Part shown: positions 8,355-16,916 of the stretch, in pieces | Position numbering within the stretch: the first letter of the stretch is position 1 | Layout: each line of letters opens with the position of its first letter | Source: Bacteroidota bacterium | GTDB taxonomy: Bacteria; Bacteroidota; Ignavibacteria; SZUA-365 | NCBI GenBank assembly: GCA_018224415.1 | Contig: JAGTUZ010000078.1 | Location: forward strand, 1-49,566 | Reading direction: 5' to 3' | DNA: 49,566 nucleotides | Position numbers and translations under genes: made by a program | Notes under the pieces: model-generated | Database searches by the model: none | Told to the model about the DNA's origin: nothing | Seen by the model: the letters and a program-made list of their open reading frames with translations, nothing else

Positions 8355-9881
8355 CTATTGCAGGATATCGAGTTCCATTTTTTCAAGCTGTGCTGCAGAA
8401 TCCTCCAGCACCTCGGCATGCAGCGATTTGCCGTTTGCGTCCATCGTGACGATGGCGGCAAAGCCCTCGACGTCGAACTCCCAGAGCGCTTCCGGGACGC
8501 CGAATTCCTCAAGAAAATGGACACCAGGCACTTTTTTCACGGTCTGTGCATAATACTGCGCCGCACCACCGATGGCGTTGAGATACACGGCACCATGCTC
8601 CTTGAGAGCCTGCAGGGTTTTGGGTCCCATGCCTCCTTTGCCGATCACGGCACGAACGCCGAATTTCCGGATGATATCTGCCTGGTACGGCTCCTCACGG
8701 ATGCTGGTCGTCGGACCGGCGGCCATGACATGCCACTCGCCTCTGTCGTCTTTCAGCATCACCGGTCCGCAATGATATAGCACCCCGCCGTTCATGTCTA
8801 CCGGGGAATCGTGATCCATCAGGTACGTGTGCAGAGCGTCGCGTCCGGTGAACATGCGGCCATCGATCAGGACGATATCTCCGACCTTGAGTGAGCGGAT
8901 CTGTTCCTCGCTGACAGGGGCGTTCAGTACGACTTCCTTTCCGGTGAGAGGAATGCCCTGGCTTTTCGCCATGGCCGTGGGTTCCATGTCGCGATACATC
9001 CAGCGTGTAACCGAGCCGGTGCCCGGATCGACATGGACGCCGAGACGGCGGAAGGCCCAACAGTCATACGCGACGGAGACAAAGAAGCTGGCGGGGAGAC
9101 GGTGATAGCTTCCGATCTTGCAGCCGATCAGCGTGCTGTTTCCGGAGAAGCCCATGGGGCCGATGTTCAGTTTGTTGGCATTCTCCATGACATAGGCTTC
9201 GAGCTTCGCCAGCACGGGATCCGGGTTGCTGTCGTCGAGTTCGCGGAAGAGCTGCTCCTTGGCGTAGGCATAGCTGGAAGCGCGGTCGGATCCGATGGCG
9301 ACGCCGATCGCGCCGACCGAGCAGCCCTGTCCCTGCGCCTGCCAGACGGCATGAAGGATGCACTTGCGCACTCCATCGAGATCCCGACCCGCCTTGCCGA
9401 GGTGTTCGAGCGTGGCAGGGAGGGAATACTGGATGTTCTTGTTCTCGCAACCACCACCTTTGAGAATGAGTCTGACCTCGATGTCATTGCGTTCCCATTG
9501 CTCCCAGTAAAAGATGGGGGCGCCGTTGCCGATGTTGTTTCCGCTGTTTTTGCCGGTGACGGAATCCACGGTATTCGGGCGCAGTTTGCCGAGCCGCGTC
9601 GCCTCCTCGATCGCCCACAATATGTCCGCTTTCATTTCAAGCTGGTTGACACCCACAGGTGTCTTGATCTTGAATGTGGGCATGCCCGTGTCCTGGCAGA
9701 TCGCCCCTTCGTTTTCAGAGGCCATGTCGATGTTGCGCGCAATGGTGGCAAGCGCCATGGCGGCACGGGAGCCAGGCGCTTCCTTGTCGAGGATGGCGTT
9801 CATGGCGCGTCGGACATCGGCGGGCAGATTGGTCGACGTCTGGATGATCAGGTCGAGCATGCTCTGGCGAAAGTGTTCCAT
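8355..9881 (-). CDS. class I (Fe-S) fumarate hydratase, fused alpha/beta type
   Basis: 508 aa. The N-terminal half looks like a Fe-S hydro-lyase alpha domain (ICQDTGMPTF, GGGCENK) and the C-terminal half like a beta domain (GRMFTGRDALH, GPTTS, IGKGGMG). L(+)-tartrate dehydratase cannot be excluded from sequence alone. Confidence 0.85.
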   Translation of the reverse strand: MEHFRQSMLDLIIQTSTNLPADVRRAMNAILDKEAPGSRAAMALATIARNIDMASENEGAICQDTGMPTFKIKTPVGVNQLEMKADILWAIEEATRLGKLRPNTVDSVTGKNSGNNIGNGAPIFYWEQWERNDIEVRLILKGGGCENKNIQYSLPATLEHLGKAGRDLDGVRKCILHAVWQAQGQGCSVGAIGVAIGSDRASSYAYAKEQLFRELDDSNPDPVLAKLEAYVMENANKLNIGPMGFSGNSTLIGCKIGSYHRLPASFFVSVAYDCWAFRRLGVHVDPGTGSVTRWMYRDMEPTAMAKSQGIPLTGKEVVLNAPVSEEQIRSLKVGDIVLIDGRMFTGRDALHTYLMDHDSPVDMNGGVLYHCGPVMLKDDRGEWHVMAAGPTTSIREEPYQADIIRKFGVRAVIGKGGMGPKTLQALKEHGAVYLNAIGGAAQYYAQTVKKVPGVHFLEEFGVPEALWEFDVEGFAAIVTMDANGKSLHAEVLEDSAAQLEKMELDILQ

Positions 9882-9925
9882 GGGAGTCCTCTGGGAATGT
9901 GCGGAGGTGCGGTTGGAAAAAAGAA

Positions 9926-9954
9926 ATGATACGAGGAATCGGCCATCGAATCAA
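9926..9954 (-). promoter_or_regulatory. sigma-70-type promoter candidate for the fumarate hydratase-gmhA operon
   Basis: The minus strand reads TTGATT-N17-TATCAT, about 45 nt upstream of ATG 9881. Confidence 0.45.
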
Positions 9955-10005
9955 CTGTCCCGACCGATCCGGCCATTATTCTTATAAAAATATCTTAAAA
10001 TACGC

Positions 10006-10034
10006 TTGACATTTATTTCGTATCCATATAAGTT
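10006..10034 (+). promoter_or_regulatory. sigma-70-type promoter candidate for the MarR gene
   Basis: TTGACA-N17-TAAGTT, 32 nt upstream of ATG 10067. It is followed by a short inverted repeat TGATA-N9-TATCA (10034..10052) that could be the autoregulatory operator. Confidence 0.5.
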
Positions 10035-10066
10035 GATAGTGGCAAGTTATCACTTATGCAAGTACC

Positions 10067-10534
10067 ATGGAAAACGCCGAACTCTATCGCAAAGCAGAAC
10101 GCCTGGCAGACCTGACCCTTGGATTGGTCGGATGCTGCCAGAGCAAGCAGGAAGAGATCGCCGAACGGGCGCATCTTTCCCTGTCTGAATTCAAATGCCT
10201 CCGGGCCTTCCGACGCGACACGGAGATGTCTGTCAAGGACATCGCGCATCGCATGAACCTGACCAGCAGCCGTCTCACACGCATTATTGACGGCCTCGTC
10301 AAAAAACGCTTCGTCACGCGCCACATCGATCCCCACGACCGGCGCATCATCAACGTCCGCCTCACAAAGCAGGGAGAAGCCGTCGCGAAGAAAGTCACAA
10401 ACGACTGCACCCATGTCTATGAGCAGGTGCTTGGCATTCTGCAGTCGAAGGATCACGACCGGATTATTCAGGCCGTCAACGAGCTGGCCGACGTCATGCA
10501 AATTAGAACCGACTTCTTTGAGGAGTACGGTTAA
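10067..10534 (+). CDS. MarR-family transcriptional regulator
   Basis: 155 aa with a winged-helix core: MSVKDIAHRMNLTSSRLTRIIDGLVKKRFVTRHIDPHDRRIINVRLTKQG. Confidence 0.85.
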   Translation: MENAELYRKAERLADLTLGLVGCCQSKQEEIAERAHLSLSEFKCLRAFRRDTEMSVKDIAHRMNLTSSRLTRIIDGLVKKRFVTRHIDPHDRRIINVRLTKQGEAVAKKVTNDCTHVYEQVLGILQSKDHDRIIQAVNELADVMQIRTDFFEEYG

Positions 10535-10555
10535 CTATTGCTTTTTGCAATAGTT
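10533..10555. terminator. hairpin overlapping the MarR stop codon
   Basis: aactattgc-ttttt-gcaatagtt is a perfect 9-bp stem. There is no clear U-run. Confidence 0.35.
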
Positions 10556-10587
10556 GCCTTCGTCATCTTCTTCCTGTGGCAATCATC

Positions 10588-10620
10588 AACGCGCGCATCC
10601 ATACCCCGGATGCGCGCGTT
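10588..10620. terminator. strong GC-rich hairpin between convergent genes
   Basis: aacgcgcgcatcc-atacccc-ggatgcgcgcgtt is a perfect 13-bp stem. There is no U-run on either strand. Confidence 0.45.
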
Positions 10621-10633
10621 CATATTCACGGTG

Positions 10634-10684
10634 CATTCCCATTCACAGTGCATTCCCATTCACGGTGCATTCCCATTCACGGTG
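10634..10684. repeat. 17-bp tandem repeat x3 (cattcccattcacRgtg) plus a degenerate leading copy at 10621..10633
   Basis: Read directly. Units are 10634..10650, 10651..10667 and 10668..10684. The last unit contains the final two sense codons and the stop (10677..10679) of the symporter gene. Confidence 0.8.
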
Positions 10685-12122
10685 TGTTTCGTTCTGGAGG
10701 TGCCGGATTGCGGCGCAGGAGCGTTGTACCGTAGAAAAGCAGGCTGACCGCGAGGCCGGCGTACATCGGCTCGATACCCCAGGGATAAACCGGTACTCCG
10801 TCGACTGTTGCAAGCCGTCCGGCGGTGAAAGACACGGCACTGACGGCAAAGCCCCCGAGCATGGCCAGGAACGTCAGGGTATTCGAAATCTTTAATCGGG
10901 GATAGTACGTGGCGACAAGGGGGAGGAGCAGGGCGGGGATGAACAATGTCCCGATGACATACCACAGATCGATCACCGAAGGAAAAAGCAGGACGCCGCC
11001 GACGGACACCGCGGTTGTGAAGACCACGCCAATCTGTGTGTAGCGCGTGACGGAACGGTCGTCATTCTTTCCGCCCCAACGCGCGACGATGTCGCGTCCG
11101 ACGGTGAGCGCGGCGATAAACGTCAAGCCATCGGTGGTCGACATCACCGTGGCCAGCATGCCGATGTAGAAAATTCCCTTCGCGGCTGCGGGCAGCACCT
11201 GTTCTGCAAGCAGCGGGTAGGCCATGCCAGGCTGCTCGAGTTCCGGGAGCAAGGCGCGCGCATACAGCCCGGAAAGCGTCGTGGCGGTATCGAACACGAA
11301 CCAGAACACCACGGAAAGCAGGATGCCGTTGCGCGCCGTGCGCGGCGACTTCGCGCAAAGCGTGAACTGGTGGAACTGCGGAGAGACGAGTGTCCAGAGC
11401 GCGATGAAAAACCAGACAACGATGTACTGCCAGGAGTTGCCTCCCGTCAGCGTCAGATGGTCCGCAGGAAGAGCGTCTGAAAGAAATGGGTGTATTCCAT
11501 ATTCGGGAACAAGAAAGGCGAGCAGAAGAAAAAATCCTCCGAACATGAGGGCGAACTGCAGGAGGTCCGTGCGCACCACGGCCCGGAAGCCGCCGGCATA
11601 CACGTAGAGCATGCTGGTGAGCGCTCCGCCAAGCAGGCAGAGTTCGAGTGGCCAGCCGGTAACCACCTGCACGAGCACGGCAAGCATGAGGACGTACGGC
11701 GCGGGCGAACTGTTGAAAAACACGAGAATGGAGCCGAGCAGTCCCGTACGGCGGTCGTAGGTGCGATACAGCTGGTCGGGGATGGAATACAGTCCGGTGT
11801 CACGGACGCGACGCGCAAAGAACAGCGCAAAGACGAGGGCGAAAATGTAGTAGGGAAAACCGAAGACGAACCAGTTGGCAATCCCGTACTGATAGCTGAA
11901 TTCCCCGACGCCGAGAATGCCCCCGTACCAGGTCGCCACTAGCGCCGCGACGAAACCGGGCAAGCTGAGCAAGCGTCCGCCGAGGAGGAACTGCTCCGCG
12001 CTTCCCCTTCCGATGGAGGAGCCCCGGAAACCGAGATAGAGAAGAAAGCCCAGATAGGCAGCGACGATCAGCCAATCGACCGTCGAGAACACCAGCAGCG
12101 AAACAGCGTCACTTCCATGCAT
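10677..12122 (-). CDS. sodium:solute symporter (SSS) family transporter
   Basis: ORF 10677..12218 trimmed to ATG 12122..12120 (MHGSDAVSLLVFSTVDWLIVAAYLGF). About 13 hydrophobic segments. The N-terminus is SSS-like: FLLGGRLLSLPGFVAALVATWYGG. Confidence 0.85.
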   Translation of the reverse strand: MHGSDAVSLLVFSTVDWLIVAAYLGFLLYLGFRGSSIGRGSAEQFLLGGRLLSLPGFVAALVATWYGGILGVGEFSYQYGIANWFVFGFPYYIFALVFALFFARRVRDTGLYSIPDQLYRTYDRRTGLLGSILVFFNSSPAPYVLMLAVLVQVVTGWPLELCLLGGALTSMLYVYAGGFRAVVRTDLLQFALMFGGFFLLLAFLVPEYGIHPFLSDALPADHLTLTGGNSWQYIVVWFFIALWTLVSPQFHQFTLCAKSPRTARNGILLSVVFWFVFDTATTLSGLYARALLPELEQPGMAYPLLAEQVLPAAAKGIFYIGMLATVMSTTDGLTFIAALTVGRDIVARWGGKNDDRSVTRYTQIGVVFTTAVSVGGVLLFPSVIDLWYVIGTLFIPALLLPLVATYYPRLKISNTLTFLAMLGGFAVSAVSFTAGRLATVDGVPVYPWGIEPMYAGLAVSLLFYGTTLLRRNPAPPERNTP

Positions 12123-12151
12123 AGGTAAAGGTACACTTTCCCGAATCGGAC

Positions 12152-12177
12152 AAAAAAAGGGCGCCGGTCGGGCGCCC
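12152..12177 (-). terminator. intrinsic terminator after the 108-aa orphan gene
   Basis: The minus strand reads gggcgcc-cgacc-ggcgccc followed by ttttttt. Confidence 0.65.
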
Positions 12178-12228
12178 CTCATACGCATATCGGTGCGGAT
12201 TATCTGAATGCGCACCAAAGGCGGGGAT

Positions 12229-12555
12229 TCAGCGCGGAAGAACCTTCAGGGTTTTTTTCTGGGCCGGATAACGCTCGCGGTAGAGCGTGTCCGATATCTG
12301 CCTGCTGTGCCGGTCGCTGTCAATCGTCGCGAAAACCAGCTTCTCCATGCAATCCCTGCAGACCCGCACCTTGCGTTCACCTTCCATGTCCAGAGGCTTC
12401 TTGAAGTACAGCTGCTCTGATGGAATGACGTGTCCGAACAGACACTGGTGTTCTTTCTCGGAGATACCGGTGTGCCACTCGTACTGTTGCGAAGACAGAG
12501 CGTTGAAGCGTTTCAACGCACGGAGAAACTCCTTTTCGGACTGATAAACCGCCAT
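12229..12555 (-). CDS. hypothetical 108-aa protein (Cys/His-containing)
   Basis: Clean ORF with its own terminator. Contains HQCLFGH and CRDC, a possible small zinc site. I recognise no family. Confidence 0.5.
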   Translation of the reverse strand: MAVYQSEKEFLRALKRFNALSSQQYEWHTGISEKEHQCLFGHVIPSEQLYFKKPLDMEGERKVRVCRDCMEKLVFATIDSDRHSRQISDTLYRERYPAQKKTLKVLPR

Positions 12556-12746
12556 AGACCTGCTCCGGATGTTAACGGTGATGGAAACTGGCGTTGCCCG
12601 CAGGCGACCAGACGATTGGCCGCATTCGGGACCCGTAATGTAACAAAAACAGGATCAAAAGCGAGAGGGAGAAAGAATTCTCTTGCGAAAGCCGGTAAAC
12701 GGTGCAATACTGACGATTATCCGTTATATTTTGCATATACGCTTCC

Positions 12747-15164
12747 ATGAACTCGACTGACATGATCAACGGACGTATCAAACCTATGTTCGTCTTCCTG
12801 TTGACGGCGCTTGTCTGCATTGCCGCCTCTCACGATGCCGCCGCCGTGGCGCTGTCAAAGGCGAAAGACGCGAATCCCCGCGCGGAAATCCGCGCTGAGC
12901 TGGTGGGCCCAGGGGAGATCCGCTTGTATGTGCTTCGCGGCGAAGCGACGCTTGATCCGGACCCCGCAGGGTATCTCATTCTCACAGCGGCGGGCGCGGA
13001 GATCGGAATCGCAGCGGTATCTTCTGTCGATCCGGGGGAATTGCAGCTGCGACCAATGGAAGCCCTTGATTTCCGACGCGTCCACTACCTTCTGCGTCCG
13101 GAAGGGGACACTCTGCTCTGCTCTTTCGACGGGTGGATGAGACACGCTTCTTCCGACAAGGAACTCGGCGCGCGTTACGATGCCGTCAGCAACGCCACGA
13201 CAGTGCGCGTGTTCGCCCCGCGGGCGGACAGCGTCCGCCTTTTCCTTTACCGCGATCGAGAAGCAACCCCGCCGGATATGCTCTCCGGTATGAAGCAGGA
13301 TCGTGCCGGTGTCTGGGAAACGACGCTCGACGGGAATTACGAACGCTGGTGGTACGATTTTACCGTGCATGGACCGGACGATCCCGGCAACGAATTTTTT
13401 GAACAGGTTCCCGTTCATGTAACCGATCCCTACGCACGTGTATCGGATGACAGTTTTGGACGCGGACGGATCTGGCCACGTATGACACCACCGCCACCGG
13501 TGCGTGGTGGACGTCCCCGGATGGAGGATGTCATTGCCTACGAAGTGCATGTGGAGGACTTCACGCTCGCGCTGCGACAGCTCGACCCGAAGCGGCGCGG
13601 TACGTTCACGGGCTTCGTCACACAGGGACTGCGCAATGCGCAGGGCAGTCCCATCGGCTTCGACTATCTTGTTGATCTGGGCATCAATGTCGTCCATCTC
13701 ATGCCCGTGCAGGAATTCCTCCACTACCCCGACGATGAATGGCAGCGCGCCTTCGCCGGTGATCCGTACATGCGTGAACAGATGGTCGACAGCAGCAATT
13801 ATCAGTGGGGCTATCGTACGTCGCATGCGTTCGCCATCGAATCACGCTTCCGGGAACACGGCAGCGAGCCTGGCGCCCAGAACCAGCAGTTCCGCGATCT
13901 CGTCGCCGCCTTCCACGAACACGGCATCGCCGTGATCGTCGATCTCGTCTTCAACCACACCGCCGAGCGCATGGACGGTCGTGAGATGTACTTCAATCTT
14001 CGGGTTTTCGACCGTCACCTGTATTACCGCACCGGCGACGATCTCGGCTTCATCGGGGCGTACGGAACGGAGACCAAGTCGGAAGACCGTCCCATGACCG
14101 CACGCTGGATTTTCGACCAATGTCGCATGCTCGTGGAGGAATACGGGGTGGACGGCTTTCGTTTCGACCTGGCGGGACTGACCGACGAGCAGACCCTGCG
14201 GGAGCTTCGCCGTCTCCTGGGTCCAGACATCATCATCTATGGAGAACCATGGATAGGATCCAGTGATCCCGACTACGAGGCCAATCCCGATTGGGACTGG
14301 TACAAGGAAGACGCACCTATCACCTATTTCCAGGACGACACACGCAACGCGCTCTGTGGTCCACCGGATAATCCCCGCGACAAGCAACGCGACCGCGGGT
14401 ACGCGGGCGGAAACGGCAACCGCGACGCCGCGAAGCAGGCGATCGCGAACCGCTTTCCGTTCGAGGACAGCCCAAACGAGGGAATCAATTATCTCGACAT
14501 CCATGACAACTGGGCGCTGGCCGACCGCTTTGCGACGCGGGAATGGAACGGTCTTCTCGGTGTGGACGAAGGGCCGTACCGTATCGCCGCCGCCATGCTC
14601 CTGACCTCATTGGGACCTGTGGTCATCCACGGGGGAAGCGAGTTCATGCGCAGCAAGGCATCCTCGCCTCTGGTCGATTTCGTCAAACACACCGCGACCG
14701 GTCCCATCTACATTCACGGCAAGCGCGACACATATAATATCAGACGGCCGAATCTTTTTCTTTGGGAGACGCTCGGCCGCAATACCGACGACGGCGCCGC
14801 CTGCAATTACCAGCGGATGAACGACTACTGGAAGGGACTGATCGCCTTGCGACGCTCCGCGGCCGGTGCCGTGCTGCGCCGCGGTGAGTCAGTGCCGGAG
14901 GACTATATCGAATGGATCGCTCCCGATGATCCCATGCTGTTGGGATATGTGATCGGCGGACGCATCGCCGTGCTGGTCAATACCGGGGAGACCCGGCAGA
15001 CCTTCGAAGGTGTTGTGCTCCCTGAAGGCGAATGGGTGCTGGTTGCCGCCGGAGACACGGCAGGAACGGCACCCCTGACGGGGCGGGAACAGCACCGCCT
15101 TTCTGGCGGAACGCACTCTCTCGAGGTGCATGCGCAGGACGTGCGCATCTGGATACAACAATGA
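12747..15164 (+). CDS. pulA: pullulanase-type alpha-1,6-glucosidase (GH13 with CBM48-like N-domain), secreted
   Basis: GH13 regions VIVDLVFNHTA, DGFRFDLAG, IIYGEPW and YLDIHDN. Pullulanase motif YQWGY. CBM48-like TVRVFAPRADSVRLFLY...GVWETTLDG. Signal peptide FVFLLTALVCIAASHDAAA. Alternative starts at 12762 or 12786. Confidence 0.85.
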   Translation: MNSTDMINGRIKPMFVFLLTALVCIAASHDAAAVALSKAKDANPRAEIRAELVGPGEIRLYVLRGEATLDPDPAGYLILTAAGAEIGIAAVSSVDPGELQLRPMEALDFRRVHYLLRPEGDTLLCSFDGWMRHASSDKELGARYDAVSNATTVRVFAPRADSVRLFLYRDREATPPDMLSGMKQDRAGVWETTLDGNYERWWYDFTVHGPDDPGNEFFEQVPVHVTDPYARVSDDSFGRGRIWPRMTPPPPVRGGRPRMEDVIAYEVHVEDFTLALRQLDPKRRGTFTGFVTQGLRNAQGSPIGFDYLVDLGINVVHLMPVQEFLHYPDDEWQRAFAGDPYMREQMVDSSNYQWGYRTSHAFAIESRFREHGSEPGAQNQQFRDLVAAFHEHGIAVIVDLVFNHTAERMDGREMYFNLRVFDRHLYYRTGDDLGFIGAYGTETKSEDRPMTARWIFDQCRMLVEEYGVDGFRFDLAGLTDEQTLRELRRLLGPDIIIYGEPWIGSSDPDYEANPDWDWYKEDAPITYFQDDTRNALCGPPDNPRDKQRDRGYAGGNGNRDAAKQAIANRFPFEDSPNEGINYLDIHDNWALADRFATREWNGLLGVDEGPYRIAAAMLLTSLGPVVIHGGSEFMRSKASSPLVDFVKHTATGPIYIHGKRDTYNIRRPNLFLWETLGRNTDDGAACNYQRMNDYWKGLIALRRSAAGAVLRRGESVPEDYIEWIAPDDPMLLGYVIGGRIAVLVNTGETRQTFEGVVLPEGEWVLVAAGDTAGTAPLTGREQHRLSGGTHSLEVHAQDVRIWIQQ

Positions 15165-15195
15165 CTTTTTCCTCACTCACTGGAGGATGCATATC

Positions 15196-16032
15196 ATGAG
15201 CAAGCGAATCGTCGTCGGACTTGACGGCTCCCCATACGCAACACATGCACTTGAGATGGCCATGCGTCGTGCGACGGTCTATGATGGTGTGGTGGTCGGC
15301 GTTGCCGTCATCGACCGGCCAAGCATCGAACAACTCGCTGCGGGTGCGCAGCCCGGAGCATTCCAGATGTCTGACAGCGCCGTTTCCTCACTGCTCAACG
15401 ACGCCAAAGAGCATGCCGAACGGCTGATCGCCGAGTTTCGCAATACCTGCGACATGCACGAAGTGCTGCATGAAGACATCATTTACACCGGCACTCCCTT
15501 CGAGGGTCTGTCACAGGAAGGCCAGACCGCCGATATGATCATCACCGGCGTGCGGACATTCTTCCATTATCCCACGAGGGAAGGGCCCGGCGACACCCTC
15601 GAGCGGCTGTTGAAGGATCCCGTGTGTCCTGTGCTCGCGGTTCCCAAGGACGGCGATCTTCCGCGCAATGTCGTGATCGCGTATGACGGTTCTCGCGGGG
15701 CAGCCCGGGCGCTGCAGGCGTATGCCCATGTGACCCCGGACATTCCCGACATCTACCCGGTGACGCTGCTCTGCATCGCCGCGGATTACGATAAGAACAA
15801 ATTCCATCTCGAGAAGGCCGCGCAATTTCTGGAGGCGCACGGCATCGAGGCACGCATCATGCTGCGGACCGGGAAACCGATCGACGCCATCATGCAGGTG
15901 ATGAAGGAACTGCATCCTGCACTGATCATTCTTGGTTCGCCGATGCATCACGGCATTACCGAACGCATCTTCGGCAGCACGGTGGCCAGCATCATCAAGG
16001 ATGGCAGCATCCCGATGTTCGTTTTCCACTGA
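15196..16032 (+). CDS. universal stress protein, tandem UspA domains
   Basis: ORF 15130..16032 trimmed to ATG 15196, preceded by ggagga. Two halves begin RIVVGLDGSPYA and NVVIAYDGSRGA. C-terminal ATP-binding-like GSPMHHGITERIFGSTV. Confidence 0.8.
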   Translation: MSKRIVVGLDGSPYATHALEMAMRRATVYDGVVVGVAVIDRPSIEQLAAGAQPGAFQMSDSAVSSLLNDAKEHAERLIAEFRNTCDMHEVLHEDIIYTGTPFEGLSQEGQTADMIITGVRTFFHYPTREGPGDTLERLLKDPVCPVLAVPKDGDLPRNVVIAYDGSRGAARALQAYAHVTPDIPDIYPVTLLCIAADYDKNKFHLEKAAQFLEAHGIEARIMLRTGKPIDAIMQVMKELHPALIILGSPMHHGITERIFGSTVASIIKDGSIPMFVFH

Positions 16033-16043
16033 GTTCCCCTTGT

Positions 16044-16787
16044 TCAATGGCGGGGCGGACGCGCGATCGCGAGAATGCGCACGTCGGTGAATCCCGCAGC
16101 GATCAGCGTGTCGACGCAGGCACAGATCGTGGCGCCGGTGGTGACAAGGTCATCGACGAGAATGAGCGGTCGTCCGTTCAGAGAGGCGGCATGGGCACGG
16201 TCCACATGAAAGGCGTCGCGCACGTTACGTTGCCTCTCGTCGCGGTCGAGCTTCGAGGCAGACTGCGATGTGGTGTACCGGCGGCGGAGCAGAAGTCTGC
16301 TGTCCCATTCCAGTCCGCTCTCACTCGAGATTCCCCGGCACAGATAATCCGCCTGGTTGAAGCCGCGTTCGATGCGCTTGATACGGTGCAGTGGAACCGG
16401 CAAGAGTATTGCCTGGGCGTCGAGGATGCCGCGGGCGCCGGGATTCGTTTCCTGGAGCAAGCGCTCCGCGAGCAAGCGGCCCAGCCAGATTCCGGCGGAA
16501 TGCAGCCGTCGGTATTTCATCGCGTGTATGCAGCGCTCGATCACTCCACCCCCTTCGTATTCCCAACCCACAAGCATCATGGTCGCATCGCAGGCGCAGG
16601 CCAGCGAGGAAATGTGCGCCGACGACTGTCCCACATTGAGCGGCAGCGGAACGGCGTCACGCAGGCACACTGCGCAGAGATACTCTCCCGCGCGCAGACG
16701 CAGACCACAGGCCAGGCAGAGCGGCGGATACAGGACGTCGAGGACGGCTGAAACGACGGGGAACATGTCTTGAACTCCCAGTGACAT
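16044..16787 (-). CDS. comF: ComF-family phosphoribosyltransferase-like protein
   Basis: N-terminal Cys pairs (PPLCLACG...CAVC) and PRTase motif LILVDDLVTTGATI. The tracked ATG at 16835 lies inside the predicted -35 box, so the start is moved to 16787 (MSLGVQDMF). ATG 16766 is also possible. Confidence 0.75.
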   Translation of the reverse strand: MSLGVQDMFPVVSAVLDVLYPPLCLACGLRLRAGEYLCAVCLRDAVPLPLNVGQSSAHISSLACACDATMMLVGWEYEGGGVIERCIHAMKYRRLHSAGIWLGRLLAERLLQETNPGARGILDAQAILLPVPLHRIKRIERGFNQADYLCRGISSESGLEWDSRLLLRRRYTTSQSASKLDRDERQRNVRDAFHVDRAHAASLNGRPLILVDDLVTTGATICACVDTLIAAGFTDVRILAIARPPRH

Positions 16788-16806
16788 GCGGGTGGTATAT
16801 CCCTGA

Positions 16807-16835
16807 ATTGTAGGGAGGTCTCGGCCCGGAGTCAA
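16807..16835 (-). promoter_or_regulatory. sigma-70-type promoter candidate for comF
   Basis: The minus strand reads TTGACT-N17-TACAAT, immediately downstream of the ispG terminator. Confidence 0.5.
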
Positions 16836-16836
16836 G

Positions 16837-16875
16837 GGAAAAGAAAACGCCTGTCACCGTTTCGGGGGACAGGCG
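16837..16875 (-). terminator. intrinsic terminator after ispG
   Basis: The minus strand reads cgcctgtc-N12-gacaggcg followed by ttttctttt. Confidence 0.65.
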
Positions 16876-16916
16876 CAAGATGCGAGCGAGGATAAGGGGA
16901 AGGGGACGGCCGAAGG

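Noticed and set aside
10634-10684. Tandem 17-bp repeats considered as a CRISPR array.
   Set aside because: The units are contiguous with no spacers, are only 17 bp long, number only three, and no cas genes are nearby. This is a simple tandem repeat.
10538-10747. 69-aa plus-strand ORF starting right after marR (MLFAIVAFVIFFLWQ...).
   Set aside because: Its sequence is generated by the two hairpins and the tandem repeat (repeated FTVHSHS/IPIHGAF). It runs into the symporter gene antisense and has no RBS.
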